DNA of 53,619 bases, the filler included, from Circinaria calcarea (taxonomy: Eukaryota): NCBI GenBank assembly GCA_051942165.1. It is 2 parts of 2 records of this genome, joined end to end, with 100 filler letters (N's around TTAATTAATTAA, not from the genome) between each part and the next. Parts side by side here need not be neighbours in the genome. Positions count along the whole stretch, not along the records: positions 1 to 26,867 come from JAVECS010000074.1; 1 more part is not named here. The stretch is one strand, 5' to 3'. Shown piece by piece: positions 13,618-25,864 of this stretch (position 1 is the first letter of the stretch; each line of letters starts with the position of its first letter). A program made the translations under genes and the position numbers. A model generated the notes under the pieces. The model saw nothing but the letters and a program-made list of their open reading frames with translations, was not told the origin of the DNA and did no database searches.

Positions 13618-15480
13618 TCTGCTTTGATAAGAAGATGTGGGAATATATGGAACAGACCAGAGGTGTCGGTGTTACGAAGGATATCAAAGTCACAATCCTC
13701 GAATCAACAATAAATTTTTGTCCAGCAGAATCACCTAGAAGCTATCTCGTTTATTTGATTCGGATCGGATAAACTGTCTGGAGCGGTCAGCGGAAAAACA
13801 GATCGGAAGAGGCTTGGCAGGGGATGGGCCTTGGTAGACTAATAAGGGATGGACGGATACAACTTTGGGACAGCAGAAAGTCTAGATATATCTCCATCAC
13901 TCAGGTTGAAATATTCATATGCATTTCAATCTTAGGCCTCTGCATCCTCAAACCTCCTCATACATTGAACTATGTTCACATTCCCCGTCCGCGAGCAGAG
14001 ATTCGGAATCTGGGAATGTCGATGTCTGCATGCCAATCGACTCAGGGGTGATAGGGTAACTGCGGGTTCGAGCGCGGTGAGAGGCGGAAAGGGTTTGGGA
14101 AGCTCATCCACCGCGCACTTTTTTTCGGATGTTTGGGAAAGCTGAGTTTGGACGTGGTGCTTAAGGCGTTTATACCATGCAATCGCTGCTGTGAAGGCTG
14201 CGGTAATAGTTGTGGTGAAGGACACTAGCATTATACATCATTGGCAAGTGAATGCGTTCCTAGACAATCCCCTCCCAGCAGTCAAGTGCGATCGGTCATC
14301 TGAGAATCTTCCCTAAACCTGCGCCATCTTCCCAAGTGAAATCTGATTAACAAACACCGCTCCATCCTAGAATACCTATTCGACATGTAATAAGCTCGAT
14401 AGAAATCGTAGGCGGGCAGATTTCGGGGAATCAAACCAGACAACCAGTCGACCATAGCCTAGTCCGACAACGTCTTCTCATGATCATTCCTTCCTCTTAA
14501 TATCGGCCATTGCCAACTTTGAACTTTGCTGATTATCAAGTTGCTGTGGTAGTGGGTGCATCCTGTGCCGACACGCAACTGTGAGCTCTTTTTTGCTTTC
14601 CCGTCACGAATGTGAAATGATGGCTCCATCCCGTCAAGTACGCTACGATTCATCAATCGTCTATCGTCATACATATACTTAAAGTCGAAGATGCTTCCCT
14701 TACTCTCCCGTGTCGAAACAACCTTCCTGCAACATAACGTTGTGTGATGGTCGAGGGACTGGCTCTCAAGTACAGCCTGTGGATTCTCAGTAACAGTTTT
14801 GTCTTTTAACCTGACAGAGTCAGCGAACGCTAGCTAATGACATTCAACTCTTACTTCACGTACCGGAAACAATACGCTCCTCACTGAGCACCGTCTCTGC
14901 TTGCGGACTTGCTCAGATCTATATTATTCCACGCAGAGCGTAGGACATAGCTGTTTCTCCTATCCTTAATAGAGCAGACAAGGTCAGCATCAACATCCTT
15001 CAGCTGCATCTCATGTTAGCTGCACCAGGAGTCTACGTGTTGGTAAATTCTGAGTTTGAACCTTTTTCATAGCTCATAAGCTGACTAGTCTATCTAGGCT
15101 AATTGGGAAATGCAAGAAGCCCGCAGTATGTTAACGATAGCAAATTTCCTTCAAATAGCAAAACTAGAGAGCCTCCACGAGTAGAACATAGTCCCGGTTC
15201 AATAAAGAGCTTAGATGCGAAGAGATTGCAAACATCTTTGGGAACCAGCAGAGCAATTTCTGATGCAAGAGCTATAAAGTTATTCAGGGAATAAAGAATG
15301 GAAAATAAGCATAGTCGTGCTCCGAGGACTGCTAGTGTGCCACGCGCTGCAAAAAATAAAAGAGCCCAGTGGCAAAGATCGGAACGGTGCCAGGTACATC
15401 ACCAAGCCTAAGCACATAACAAGAAGCAGATCGACAGAAGATGGTAACCCGGGAACCTGGTAGTGATACCAGCTAGAGCC

Positions 15481-18221
15481 CTAAAGGCCGAATTCAGGGT
15501 TCTCGGCTGAGAGTGTTTCCCAACTGATAGCTCCAAAGTCTCCGCCAAACACGTCGTCGCCATTGGTGAAGAAATCAAGATCAATGTCACTGGGGAAGAT
15601 GACGGTCCCCATTTCATCACTGAGCTGGCTTGCGGAATTTTCGACGGTTTGAACGTTCAGCAGGCGCTGAGGCACGGCGGAGGCAGTCTCGTCGCCGTCT
15701 GTAGGGCCCTCATCGAACAACCCCTCGGATGACTCCAGGCGAGAGTCGGCTTCCCCCGTGTCTTCATTGAACAACTCGGCAAATTCGTCATTCATGGGAC
15801 CTTTCGTCGAGTCATTTTGAATGCTAGCGGTTGCCGGCCCGCCATTAATCAAGCCCGGAGAACCTCCATTAGACGTATTGGACGACGACTCACTCGGGAG
15901 GCTAGAGGGTGCCACGCGAGCGTTACCCATTGGCTCTGTGTCGTTGTTCTTTTGAGCTTTCGGCACATACTGAATTATTTGAAGCTCATCGCTCACGGGA
16001 CTGTGACCTTGGGGAACAGAAGTATCCTGGGAAGGTTGGTACGTGGGTTGTGACTGACTATGACCTTGGGGAACCAAAGTATCCTGGAAAGGTTGGTACA
16101 TGGGTTGTGACTGACTATAGCCGAGGGCCAATGGCTGGCTGACAGGACCGAAGCCCCCATAGCCATATGGATTACTTCCATTGGGATCAAAATTGACAGC
16201 TGGCATAGCGAATGGATCCATTTGATAGGGCTGTTGATACGAGGCTTGACCATACTCGACTGTACCCAACGACGGAAGTGGGTTGAACGGAATAGGGGTG
16301 AAATCATAGTTGTTGAACGTCGAGGAAGAATCAGTGTTTGCATAATCAACTTGGCCATATGCAGACCCTTGCAAACGTGGTCGTTTTGAAGTCGGTGGGG
16401 GCATGTCATATGAGGTACCGGTATACTGACGAAGCGGCTCTGAGGCATAAAACTGTGACAACCCTTGTGGCAGGAAGAACTGATTCGGTACCGCCTGGCT
16501 TGAAATGCTGCTGGATTCTCTAAAAGTGGCTGCGCTGGACATCCCAGTGCTGTAAGGACTGCTGGTCATAGCATATGGTGAAGGAATACCTAATCCTGCT
16601 CCCAATGCACCAGGGACAGACGATGTTCCCTTCAACACTGCCACAGAATGTTCGCTCTTGCCAACCTTGAGTACAGCAATCTTACTTAAAGAGCCGGCGG
16701 GCCCATTCCCAGAGCCCTTCCTCGTCATCTCAATAACTTCGTCCTCATCAGTCAGATCAATTACTCCTGTGGACCTTGACATGGGCGTCTGGCTTCCAGA
16801 TTGGGAAGGGTCCATGAAGCCGGCGCCTGCCGCCACATGCCCGCCCATGGCACTCTTGAAGCCTGATCCATTAGAAACTGATTGATCAACGCTGGAACGG
16901 CTTGAACTTTGCCCTGTAGCATTGAAATTGGATAAAGCCGGGGAAGATTCTGTGAAGCCACGTCTGCGCTTGAGCTGACCTTGCACGCTTGGACCAATGT
17001 CATTTTCGGTTCCCGTGTTTGTGGGAGTGTTCCACATAGCATTACTGGCCATGTTCGATACTACTGCATTGGCTTTGCCCTTGTTGCTTGTACGAGCCGG
17101 TTGCGTACTCGTTTGTGTCTCTCCATACAACCCGTCTGGGTCTGATGTTAAGTCGACCTGGCGGTTGCCAGATGAAGTACCCTTTGCTTTGGAGTTTGTG
17201 GTTCTTTTAGCGGCGGCTCCACTGGCTTTCTTAGACGTTGTTCCAGAGCTGCGAGAATTTGTCGATGGAGCGGTACCGCCACCCCTTTTCATGGGCCCAG
17301 GCACAGGAATACCCGCTTCAGCGGCACGAATACGAAGTTTTGCGACATGTTGCTGTACTGCACCGCCTGTGACCGTGGGCCCTATCATAGAACCGACCTC
17401 GTCCCAAGGGAGCTTGATACCCACCTCGCTGCAGGCCTTTTGCAAGCATAGCAGAATGCGGACGTTGTCTTCTTCTATACGAGATATTAGCAGAGTAATC
17501 GCAACTGATCTGTGTTTATGAAGGTGGGATTGGAAGCTGAAGTCTGCAGAAGTGTCTCGAGCTAGGTGCCCTCGTGGCAAACGAAGACCACTACGGTATC
17601 CATAGGGCAACTTGTACTTTGGGATATAGTATGGTATTTTTGGCCGGTGAACTCCTTTGAGAGGGGATCTAATGAAGAATTCTTGAAGGAAAGGTGAGAG
17701 AAGTATCAAGCACGTACCGGTCCAACGATGCAGTTCACGGGTTTCCGGGCGTATTCTGCGCGCCATGATATCTTCCTGAAGGATGGCCAGGTCGCATTTG
17801 AGGTGGTCGACGCGGAACTCCTCGACTGATTGTGAAATGTCAGCAAAGAATCAATGTCTGCGAGCAAAAGCTTTGCAGTAGCTTCAAGCCCACATTGAAC
17901 TCTTGAAGGTGGTGCTTCCAGGAGTCTGATGGACTTGGTACGGCCTGGGTGAGGTGAAGGAGTTCATGGGTACCAAGTGAATCATTGTTACGGTCGTGGT
18001 GAGCTTGCTTTTTCATAGGGGACCGTTGACAATGGTAATGTCGGCGATCTCGCTAATAAGGCAACTGAAGGAAGGAGTATAGGCTGGTGCGTACGATCAT
18101 TCACTCGAAGGTGAAGCTTCAAGGTTGACGGAAGAGGTAAGGGATAGCATAGTGAATACGACAACGTACTGCTGATATCGGTAGGCAGTATGAACCTCCA
18201 ACGGCTCATATCCATTGCCAT
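15481..18221 (-). CDS. Myb/SANT-like domain protein A, ~717 aa with long disordered tail; exons 18221-18170, 17825-17718, 17474-15481 (alternative start ATG at 17766)
   Basis: Spliced domain 'ELHRWT|EEDNVRILLCLQKACSEVGIKLPWDEVGSMIGPTVTGGAVQQHVAKLR'. Introns GTACGT..CTGAC..CAG (17826-18169) and GTACGT..CTAAT..TAG (17475-17717) preserve frame. The first exon is less certain. Confidence 0.75.
16004..16118. repeat. 57-bp tandem duplication (2 copies) inside gene A coding sequence
   Basis: TGACCTTGGGGAAC...GGGTTGTGACTGACTA begins at 16004 and again at 16061. Encodes SQSQPMYQPFQDTLVPQGH / SQSQPTYQPSQDTSVPQGH. Confidence 0.9.
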
Positions 18222-19110
18222 GTCTTCGTGCTGGTCGGTGGAAGGAGTGCCTTACAGAAGTTTGCAGTGAGTGCTGATATGAATCGAGACCGGAGATTCC
18301 TTCACAGAGTGTTCATCATGGCTGTGGGCGGCTGTGGGAAATTGTGGGATCTACCCTTCGCGAGGGATTTATAGGAGGGGATCAGGTCAAAATTACATGA
18401 GAGTCGCCGTATCATACGATCAGGAAAGCCAGTCATTACGGCTCTCCGTCCTTCGCTTAGCCCAAGGATTACACCAGGGGATTTGCCGGATTCACCATCC
18501 CGGTCTGCTTCCCCTACAGCTCAACGCTTACCTAGCTGTGTATATAGAGAGCTTACCGCCTTGTGCTATGGATGCTATGGCGTCGAGGTGGGTGATGCTG
18601 GAAGTGAACTTCTGGGAAAGGTTGTTGCCTCTGGACCTAACCTACAGCTCGTTTCCCAAGGTCCTTAGACACTCCTAAGGGTTACAGAGCCAAGGCACAG
18701 TGAACTTCCAGACCTCCTCAACCACCGTCATCTACTCTCCTAATAAGCAGCTTCAAGATAGTGCCTCCTGTTGTGTAAGTTATCTCCACTCTTCTCCTAT
18801 AAGAACTCTTGTTTAACACATGCTCATTGCCTGTATAGTGCAGTGTTGGAGAAAGGGGAAATCGGGTTAGTCGAGAACCTCGCACGGGCCATGGATCCAA
18901 AAGGGGCAAGGACACTCCTGTTTACCAGCTGACGGTAGGCTGCAATGTTTCCAATATTTCCATACGATGCGTATCAACGTATCTGTGGCGGACTTTGTGC
19001 GGTTGGTCAAGGACAACCAAGGGACACACGTACTACTTGGGGTCATACAAGCGATCGAGAAAGCTCACAGACTTAGCACGAGACTCAGGCTATCATATTG
19101 ATGCTTTGAT

Positions 19111-19167
19111 TGCATGCTATCAAGAATTGCACACTATCGAGAATTTCATGCTGTCAAGAATTGCATG
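19111..19167. repeat. 17-bp imperfect tandem repeat (~3.3 copies)
   Basis: TGCATGCTATCAAGAAT / TGCACACTATCGAGAAT / TTCATGCTGTCAAGAAT / TGCATG. Confidence 0.8.
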
Positions 19168-19373
19168 ACTAGATGCTCGCACTGAAGACTATCCCAGTGG
19201 ACCCGGCAGCAACCTGATCAAGTCCCATGAGTCGATTCGCCTTGCCGGTGCACGTAGAAGTCCAAATATCCCAGCAGCGACTACAGCCCACGCTCATAAC
19301 GAAGACCCCTTCCTAGCACACACAGGTCGTCACGCGCTGGCCATGCAATGCAGACACTTCCGAGCAGCTTCGC

Positions 19374-20141
19374 TTAGTCGGAAATCAGGATACTTTCGTG
19401 AGTGCCGTTTTCGTAACTGCTGTTCTCGTAAGTATTGTTCTCATGACCGCTGCTGGGCTCGTCCCCAATCCCACTGCCATCAGTCTGAATCATGTCGCCA
19501 GTAAGGGCTGACGGAGTGTTGAGCTGAGCAAAGTCTTCAGAGTGGGTGAAGTTGTTGAAAACGTCATGCTCGTCATGCTCGTCAAGTCTCAAGCTTGTGC
19601 TGCTTTCGCGAGGCCTGTAGTAAGCCCAGGGATACTGAAGATTGGCCATCTCCTCTGTACTGGCCGTTGTCTCATTCTTGATCACCGGACCTGTAACTTC
19701 CTCTTTGACCTTTCCTAAGCCCTCATCGTCGTCTGCAGCCTGATTAGTATCTTCGTCGAACTGATCAAGCTTGCGCTTCTTGCCACCGGTGCAAGCCGAG
19801 CCTTCTTTACGGCGGCGGGATGGTATGGGAGTATCGCGGATTGTCGTCTGTGTCTGATGGATCCCATGTGCCTTCATCATTCTCTCATAACGCTTGGCGC
19901 TGTGCGTAAGCAGTGATCGTCAGTTTGCATCCGTCCGAAAAGCCCCTATGAGAGGTAACAATCTTACGCTGCCCCTTTGCTGACAATGTTGCATTCTCTT
20001 GCAACTTCGCTAAAGTCGACCTACTGATCTCAGCTGGCGACAGGCAAGATGTGAAGTCATTATAGCTACCTTGCCATTGTTGGAGTACCGAATGCATGAG
20101 ATGAGAAATCTGAACTGTCCTTCAGGACCTGCAGGAGGCAT
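19374..20141 (-). CDS. Myb-like DNA-binding domain protein B, 216 aa; exons 20141-20070, 20020-19968, 19899-19374
   Basis: Spliced N-terminus 'MPPAGPEGQFRFLISCIRYSNNGK|VDFSEVARECNIVSKGAA|AKRYERMMKAHGI'. Introns 20021-20069 and 19900-19967; total 651 nt in frame; KKRK basic patch and acidic tail. Confidence 0.85.
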
Positions 20142-20888
20142 GGTGAGATGGGAAAGGGGTTGGTGGTAGACTGAGTGAGATCGTATTGGATGAGTGGGTC
20201 AAACGCGTGAGAGTTGTGATATTGACGAAGCAAGAGGCCAAGATGATCGGAGCTGTCTGATGGTACGGTAAGTAAGGACAAGAAAAGAATGTGAGCGGAA
20301 GTGGGAACGTCTGGATTATAGAGAAGTGCGACCAGTCGAAAGGAACGACTTACAAGCTTGTCAGCTAAGGTCTTGTTAAAGATGCATGGCAAAGGGCCGA
20401 AGTAGCATTTGCAGGTACAGGTAGGGTAGGCGAAGATGGCAACTAGCGTGTTGATTGTGTGGACTACATCAAAGGTCTTTGCGTGCTCGGCTCACAGTGC
20501 GGCAACACACATGCATATATTGTCGAACTTGAAACTCAGAAATATTCCGGGAAACCATTCTTCTTCTTTTTCACGCACCGAGCCATCACAGGAGGCTAAG
20601 TACAACTATGAGGTTATGGAAAGCGTGTTTGAAATATCAAGTCCTCGTTGATAAGCATATGGATACAAAGACGCATCGCAGGCAAGCCTTTCTTAGCAGG
20701 CAAATATCCTTGTTTTCGATATCGATCCCTGGACTAACTGCTAAGTACCATTGCCTTCTCCTTGGTGCTCACATAGCTAAGACACAAAGCTGAGTGTCAT
20801 CTGAAGAGAAATTCTGCAACCAACGGCCCCCTCCGGGTTGAAAGTAAAAGCATTTAACTGGCTTGGGCATTCGATGGCCTGAAAAACG

Positions 20889-21553
20889 CTACGGGTAGAT
20901 CGGACCTTTGTACAATCTGAGTGCCATCTCCTCCTCCTTGGTTAATGACCTGCTTTCATCAGCGAACGGCATCACAATCTCGGCGTCCATCGTTGCGGGC
21001 GTCTTTTTTTCTCGCTTGACCTTAGGACGCGGTTTCCTCTCTCGCTTAACCTTGGGAACTGGTTTCTCGTCCCTGAGAGGAGGTATTAGCGGACGTGGCC
21101 GTCAGACACAGAAGCTTCGCTCACCCTCCATTAAGGCCATCTACAATCGTACTTTCGTCACCGTCAGACAGTTCTCGCTTGATACCAGCAGAAACCGCGG
21201 CGGGGACAGAAGTAGTGGAGGACGAAGCAGTGTCGAGCCCGGACTGCGCCACAAGTTTCTTTTTGATCTGATAGAAACGTGTCGAGGCTGTAGAAGCGTT
21301 CTTGTGGCCCGTCGCCTGGGCCACTGCCTCCCAGTCCGTCTAGCAAGAGCGTTAGCCACAGTCGAAAGGTAGGGACCAGACAGCCGTCCAGCAACCCAAG
21401 ATGTTTAATCCGTCTCGTCAGGTGAAGCAGGATTGGGGTGATGCTAACCTTCAGCTTGTCCTGCTGGTTCAGTAGGACATGGAGCAAGAAAAGAGCATCT
21501 TTGGTGGTGGGTTCTACCAACTTTGATGACGAACTGATGTTTTGTTCGGCCAT
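20889..21553 (-). CDS. Myb-like DNA-binding domain protein C, 167 aa; exons 21553-21449, 21339-21125, 21072-20889
   Basis: 'TTKDALFLLHVLLNQQDKLK|TDWEAVAQATGHKNASTASTRFYQIKKKL'. Introns GTTAGC..CTAAC..TAG and GTGAGC..CTAAT..CAG; total 504 nt; basic tail 'PKVKRERKPRPKVKREKK'. Confidence 0.82.
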
Positions 21554-22540
21554 GTTTGAGGATGAGCGATACTTTGCTTCGCGGATGAGGCGATGTTTGG
21601 TGTCGACGATGAAGTGATGCTGTTGTTCAGCGATAAGGCGATGTATTCAAGGAAGTGGTCATGGGGGTCCAGATGATGTTAGAATCAGAGCGGTTGATGT
21701 GAAGGGATCTGTTGGTATTTGAGGTCAGTGGTATACTCCTGAGGTAAGTGATAAACTCCTAGGAAGTCCATGATATGCTCACTTACTTCGGACTATGTTC
21801 CATACGTGCGCATGATCGATGAGATGGGACGTTGACGTTGGATTGGGTGAAGAATGAGATGGAGGACCCGAGCATGTGACTCTCAGATTGGTACAGAGTC
21901 TTCGGGCATCGATACGCCGAGGACCGATCGCTAGGAGTCAGGCTCTATGACTGACTGAAGGTCGTGGACTTTTCACAAAAGCTGGGGTGCAAATGCCGGG
22001 GATGTTTGGGCGCAGATAACTCGGGCATCTTTAACCGTGCCGTGAGCTACGCAACGGGCCCTGGGAATCCAAGCGACAATTCCAAGCGATATCGGACCTC
22101 GGGACTTATAACTATGTGTATATGCTTCGTTTTTACTGCCTTTACAACAATGATGTGTACGGCTCTGCTCATAGATCCTTTGCTATTCATAGGATGTATA
22201 GAATATCATAATTCTGTCATGCTCTACGCTTAGCGTTACCTCGCTTAACTGGCGTCTTGGCGTATAGTGAAACCCTTTCACGTACACACTTCTTCTTCTG
22301 TGACGATTAGTTCTCGTATACAATGCGTATAGCCATCGTATTGCTCGTGCCTCACAATACTATATACCTTAGCTTTAGATACTTATCAAGTAAAGTACTC
22401 TACGGCTTCACAAATTCATACATTTACTTAACCGTACCCATTTATTCATCTGTCATACATATATTCCAGCATGATAGAGAGGAATTACAAAAAGTACTCC
22501 TTTCATCTCCGCAAATCTTTGCCGCAGCCAAAGCCCTGCA

Positions 22541-23173
22541 TCACTTCTCCCATCTTGGCTCCATTTTCACCATAGGCTCGCGCTTCACCGTTGGCGCTGG
22601 CAATAACCATGAGCCATTCATACAAGCCGAATCCTCCAAATAGGTCACGGAGGATACATCTTCCTTCGCCATATGCAGCGGTATCTCCATCTGATCCGTA
22701 GGCGCCAAAGATGCAAAACCTCCCAGAGAAAGCTCTTCAACCCCAACATGGTCGACGGCCTCCTTCTTCACAAAGCACTCTGACTTTACCGCCGTCGTCA
22801 TTTCTGGCATGTCAATCTGTATCTCCATGGGATCCGGTTTGATATGCTGCTGGAGTTCGGTTTTGGGCTTCTTTTCATCGTCGGTCCGCTTCTCGCTCTT
22901 CGCCTTCTTCTGACGGTAGCTTCCGCTGGCTCTGGGTTTGCGAGGTGTAGGCGGTACGCCTTCCATGTGTTGTTTGAACCGAGAGAATCTCATGCGTGCC
23001 GCATGCCCATTGGTAATGTCTAGATCTCCCGCTACGATGTTCCAATCGATCTGAGAGAATCAACTCAGCAACCATCGCGGAGGTTAGGAGGATAGCTTCC
23101 TTACAGACTTGTGATCCAATTGCTTCAAGATTGTATAGAGAAATCTAGCGGTGGCCCCATCTGTGGGCATCAT
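22541..23173 (-). CDS. Myb-like DNA-binding domain protein D, 192 aa; exons 23173-23105, 23050-22541
   Basis: 'MMPTDGATARFLYTILKQLDHKS|IDWNIVAGDLDITNGHAARMRFSRFKQHMEG'. 54-nt intron GTAAGG..CTGAG..CAG; total 579 nt. Confidence 0.87.
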
Positions 23174-24245
23174 CTTGCTTCTTCGAAGGCTCGCCAGCTT
23201 GACCCCTTGGACGATTAAGCGAAACAAGAGATAGAAGCGAGCTATGGGTGTGAAGGGGGTATCCACTGGGATTGTCTGGCAAGAAAGATTGCACAAGCTA
23301 CAGTATCTTTACTGGTATTGGGGGCGTTCTGTAGATTCTTGCTAGGAGTGAAGCTGGGTGATTGAAGGATAGAAATATACAGCCTCTGAACGAGATGATT
23401 TCACTCTTCTCGGCCTGTTTATTGTGATTACCTATCATCCTGCCAACACGCATAAAGGATACTGGTAGACAGCACAAGGATATCATATGCGCAACTGTGG
23501 TAAGCCTTATCCCCATGAAAGTAAGGGACAGACAGTATTAGGGCATTGCGCTTTTGCGGGCCGACACGGAGCGAGAGGCTCTAAGGCTTGTCGGCTTCAA
23601 CGACATGCCCTCTTGCGTCAAGCCAGCCTCTGTCCATATTGTCAATCGTCAAAGAACTTGGCATATCATATGTTCTTGTGCGCCTCTCGCCTTTCCGCCT
23701 GCCTGCCTGCACCTAAAGCTGCAGGGTGTTTCCGTGGCTTTGTATTGTGCATGGCTAGATATGCTGGTAATCCCGGGGGGCGCAGGTCGTGTTTGCCGGT
23801 TCAGGGATGCTCGACGGCTTCGTGATCCATCTGTCGCTGCGGTGGTTGGATGACTCGCCCAGTACGGGCAAGCAGCAGGGTTGGGAGTACCATGGAGAAT
23901 CTTCATGTTGCCTTGGTATGATATGAGTCAAATCGAAGTTTTGCTGCCCTTGTCTATTATTTCTTTTCGATGTATCACCCGTAGCTTCGGCATACAATCA
24001 TACTCTCATACTCGACGGGATCTCTTCCGGCGTTAGAATCTCTAGGGTTTGCGTGAAGGGGCAGACTCATCGTGGTGCGGTTGTGGTACTGCTGATGCGG
24101 TTTTCATACTGGGCCCCAATAAAATCTATCCTCACCAAGATTTGTTGATCACGCACAATCTCACCATTACCCACCTCTCCTCATCAACCCAACTTCCAAG
24201 TTATCCTTTTCTCACCTCTCGCACCATCACTCAAATACCATCAGC

Positions 24246-24972
24246 ATGTCTAAATGGGATTTGGCTACTGATCGTAAGCTCCTGCTTACCATCATCGAGG
24301 TGACCAGCCCCTCAGCGCTGCCATGGGCCGAGATTACTGCAAAGATGGGTGAAGGATTTACCAAAGAAGCTGTTCGGTATGTAGACCCATGTCATATCTC
24401 CTTTGTCTGAACGCTCCATCACGTCATGCCGCCTTGCCATCTGCATTCTTCTTACTCTTTTAGCACACTCCTTTGCTCTTCATACTCTCCTTTGTATACG
24501 CACCTCATCGGTACCTGTTAGACCCACGTCGTTCTCACACCTGTCCCCAATTCTTACCAGTCCTAGCTCTCAGTTAAAGCCCTTTTCTAAAGCTATCATG
24601 TACTAATAATAAAACTAGCCAGCATTTTGCGAAACTGAAGCGAGGAGGCGAATCCAACCCAACGACCCCTGTTGCTCCCAAGGCCGTCAAGAAAGCCGCA
24701 AAGTCAAAGCAGACCGACGACTCACCTAGCGCCGGGCGTAAGCGCAAGAGGTCTGTTGCTGTCGTCACCCCCGACAACGAAGACGACGACTCGGAGGCGG
24801 AAGTTGGGGTTAAAAAGGCAAAAAAGGAGGAATTTGAAGGTCGTCGTGGCTCAATCATCAAGGTCGAGGAGGTCCTTGACAATGGGACTGTCAACCTTGA
24901 CGAAGATTCGTGAGTAATCACGGCCGCTCATAGCAGACTATGAAACTAACATTGATCAGCCTTTACGATTGA
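24246..24972 (+). CDS. Myb/SANT-like domain protein E, ~144 aa; exons 24246-24376, 24619-24909, 24960-24972
   Basis: 'MSKWDLATDRKLLLTIIEVTSPSALPWAEITAKMGEGFTKEAVR|QHFAKLKR'. Introns GTATGT..CTAAT..TAG (242 nt) and GTGAGT..CTAAC..CAG (50 nt); RKRKR plus acidic tail. Absent from the supplied ORF track. Confidence 0.83.
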
Positions 24973-25864
24973 CTTGGGCATGGGAGCAGTGTCACTGCTG
25001 CCTAGTACTGCTTGATGTCATGGGACGTTCTCGTTCATCTATCCTACATTGCAACTCAACAGGATAGTCGCGTCAATCATACTTGTCTAACTCGATGGTC
25101 TCTGGTTTTACTGTCGAAGCTCAGATGAAAGGGTTCTGATAACTTCTCCGGTCGTTGCTCTTTGACGCACAGCAGAAATTGCAATCAATGCAAAGGTTAC
25201 AACAATCGGTTCCATGGACTTCTAGTATGCGGTAGTGACTTGCCATACGTAAGGGCCATGTCTACTCGTGATAAGGTGCTAGAGCACCCAAATGGAAGTA
25301 GTAGAATATTGTACTCTGCTACAATGAGAAATCTGTAACCAAGCGAGGATTGGGTATCTCGATCAAACCAACGCTCGCGTACCAGGTCATTCCATCCCTC
25401 AAAGGTACTGTCCGACAGCTTTCATTACGTCCATGGCTCTTGGTGCCACCGCAGACTGATCCCGCATTCATCCTCGCCATTTAACACCCGTGTCCAAACT
25501 TCCTTGACTTTACATGGACGATAGTACAAGTTTTCCAGCCCATCCATGCCCTGTTGATCCTGAGTTTCACCCCAGCCTGTTGACCAGGGCAACCTCTACG
25601 CGTTCACGTCTATCTGTCCAACCCGAACCCCAAGCCTACATCCAAGGGCCCCGAAGCCAATCTTAAACTCCAGTGATCTGCCCTTCAGTTTACCTTCGAT
25701 TTTCCATCTTCTTCCAGCTCACACGATCAACGTACTTCACCTTGACCTTCCATCTTGGCCATTACTTTACCGTTCTTTCACCATCAACAACCATCGTCAA
25801 ACTTTACAACTTAAACACTCCACCTCAACTCAATCTCACGCTATACCACTTCAAAATCGTCAAA

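Noticed and set aside
13625..13890. Possible heat-shock elements upstream of HSP60 (e.g. AGAATCACCTAGAAG at 13727-13741)
   Set aside because: Only two in-phase nGAAn units; no complete three-unit perfect, gap or step HSE could be read.
13932..14231. 99-aa minus-strand ORF with a hydrophobic N-terminus
   Set aside because: No recognisable domain and no Myb-like pattern; not distinguishable from a chance ORF.
20200..25655. Shared short motifs upstream of cluster genes (ACGCGT near B and F; GGGCCCC near E and F)
   Set aside because: Six- and seven-mers present in only two of six upstream regions are expected by chance.
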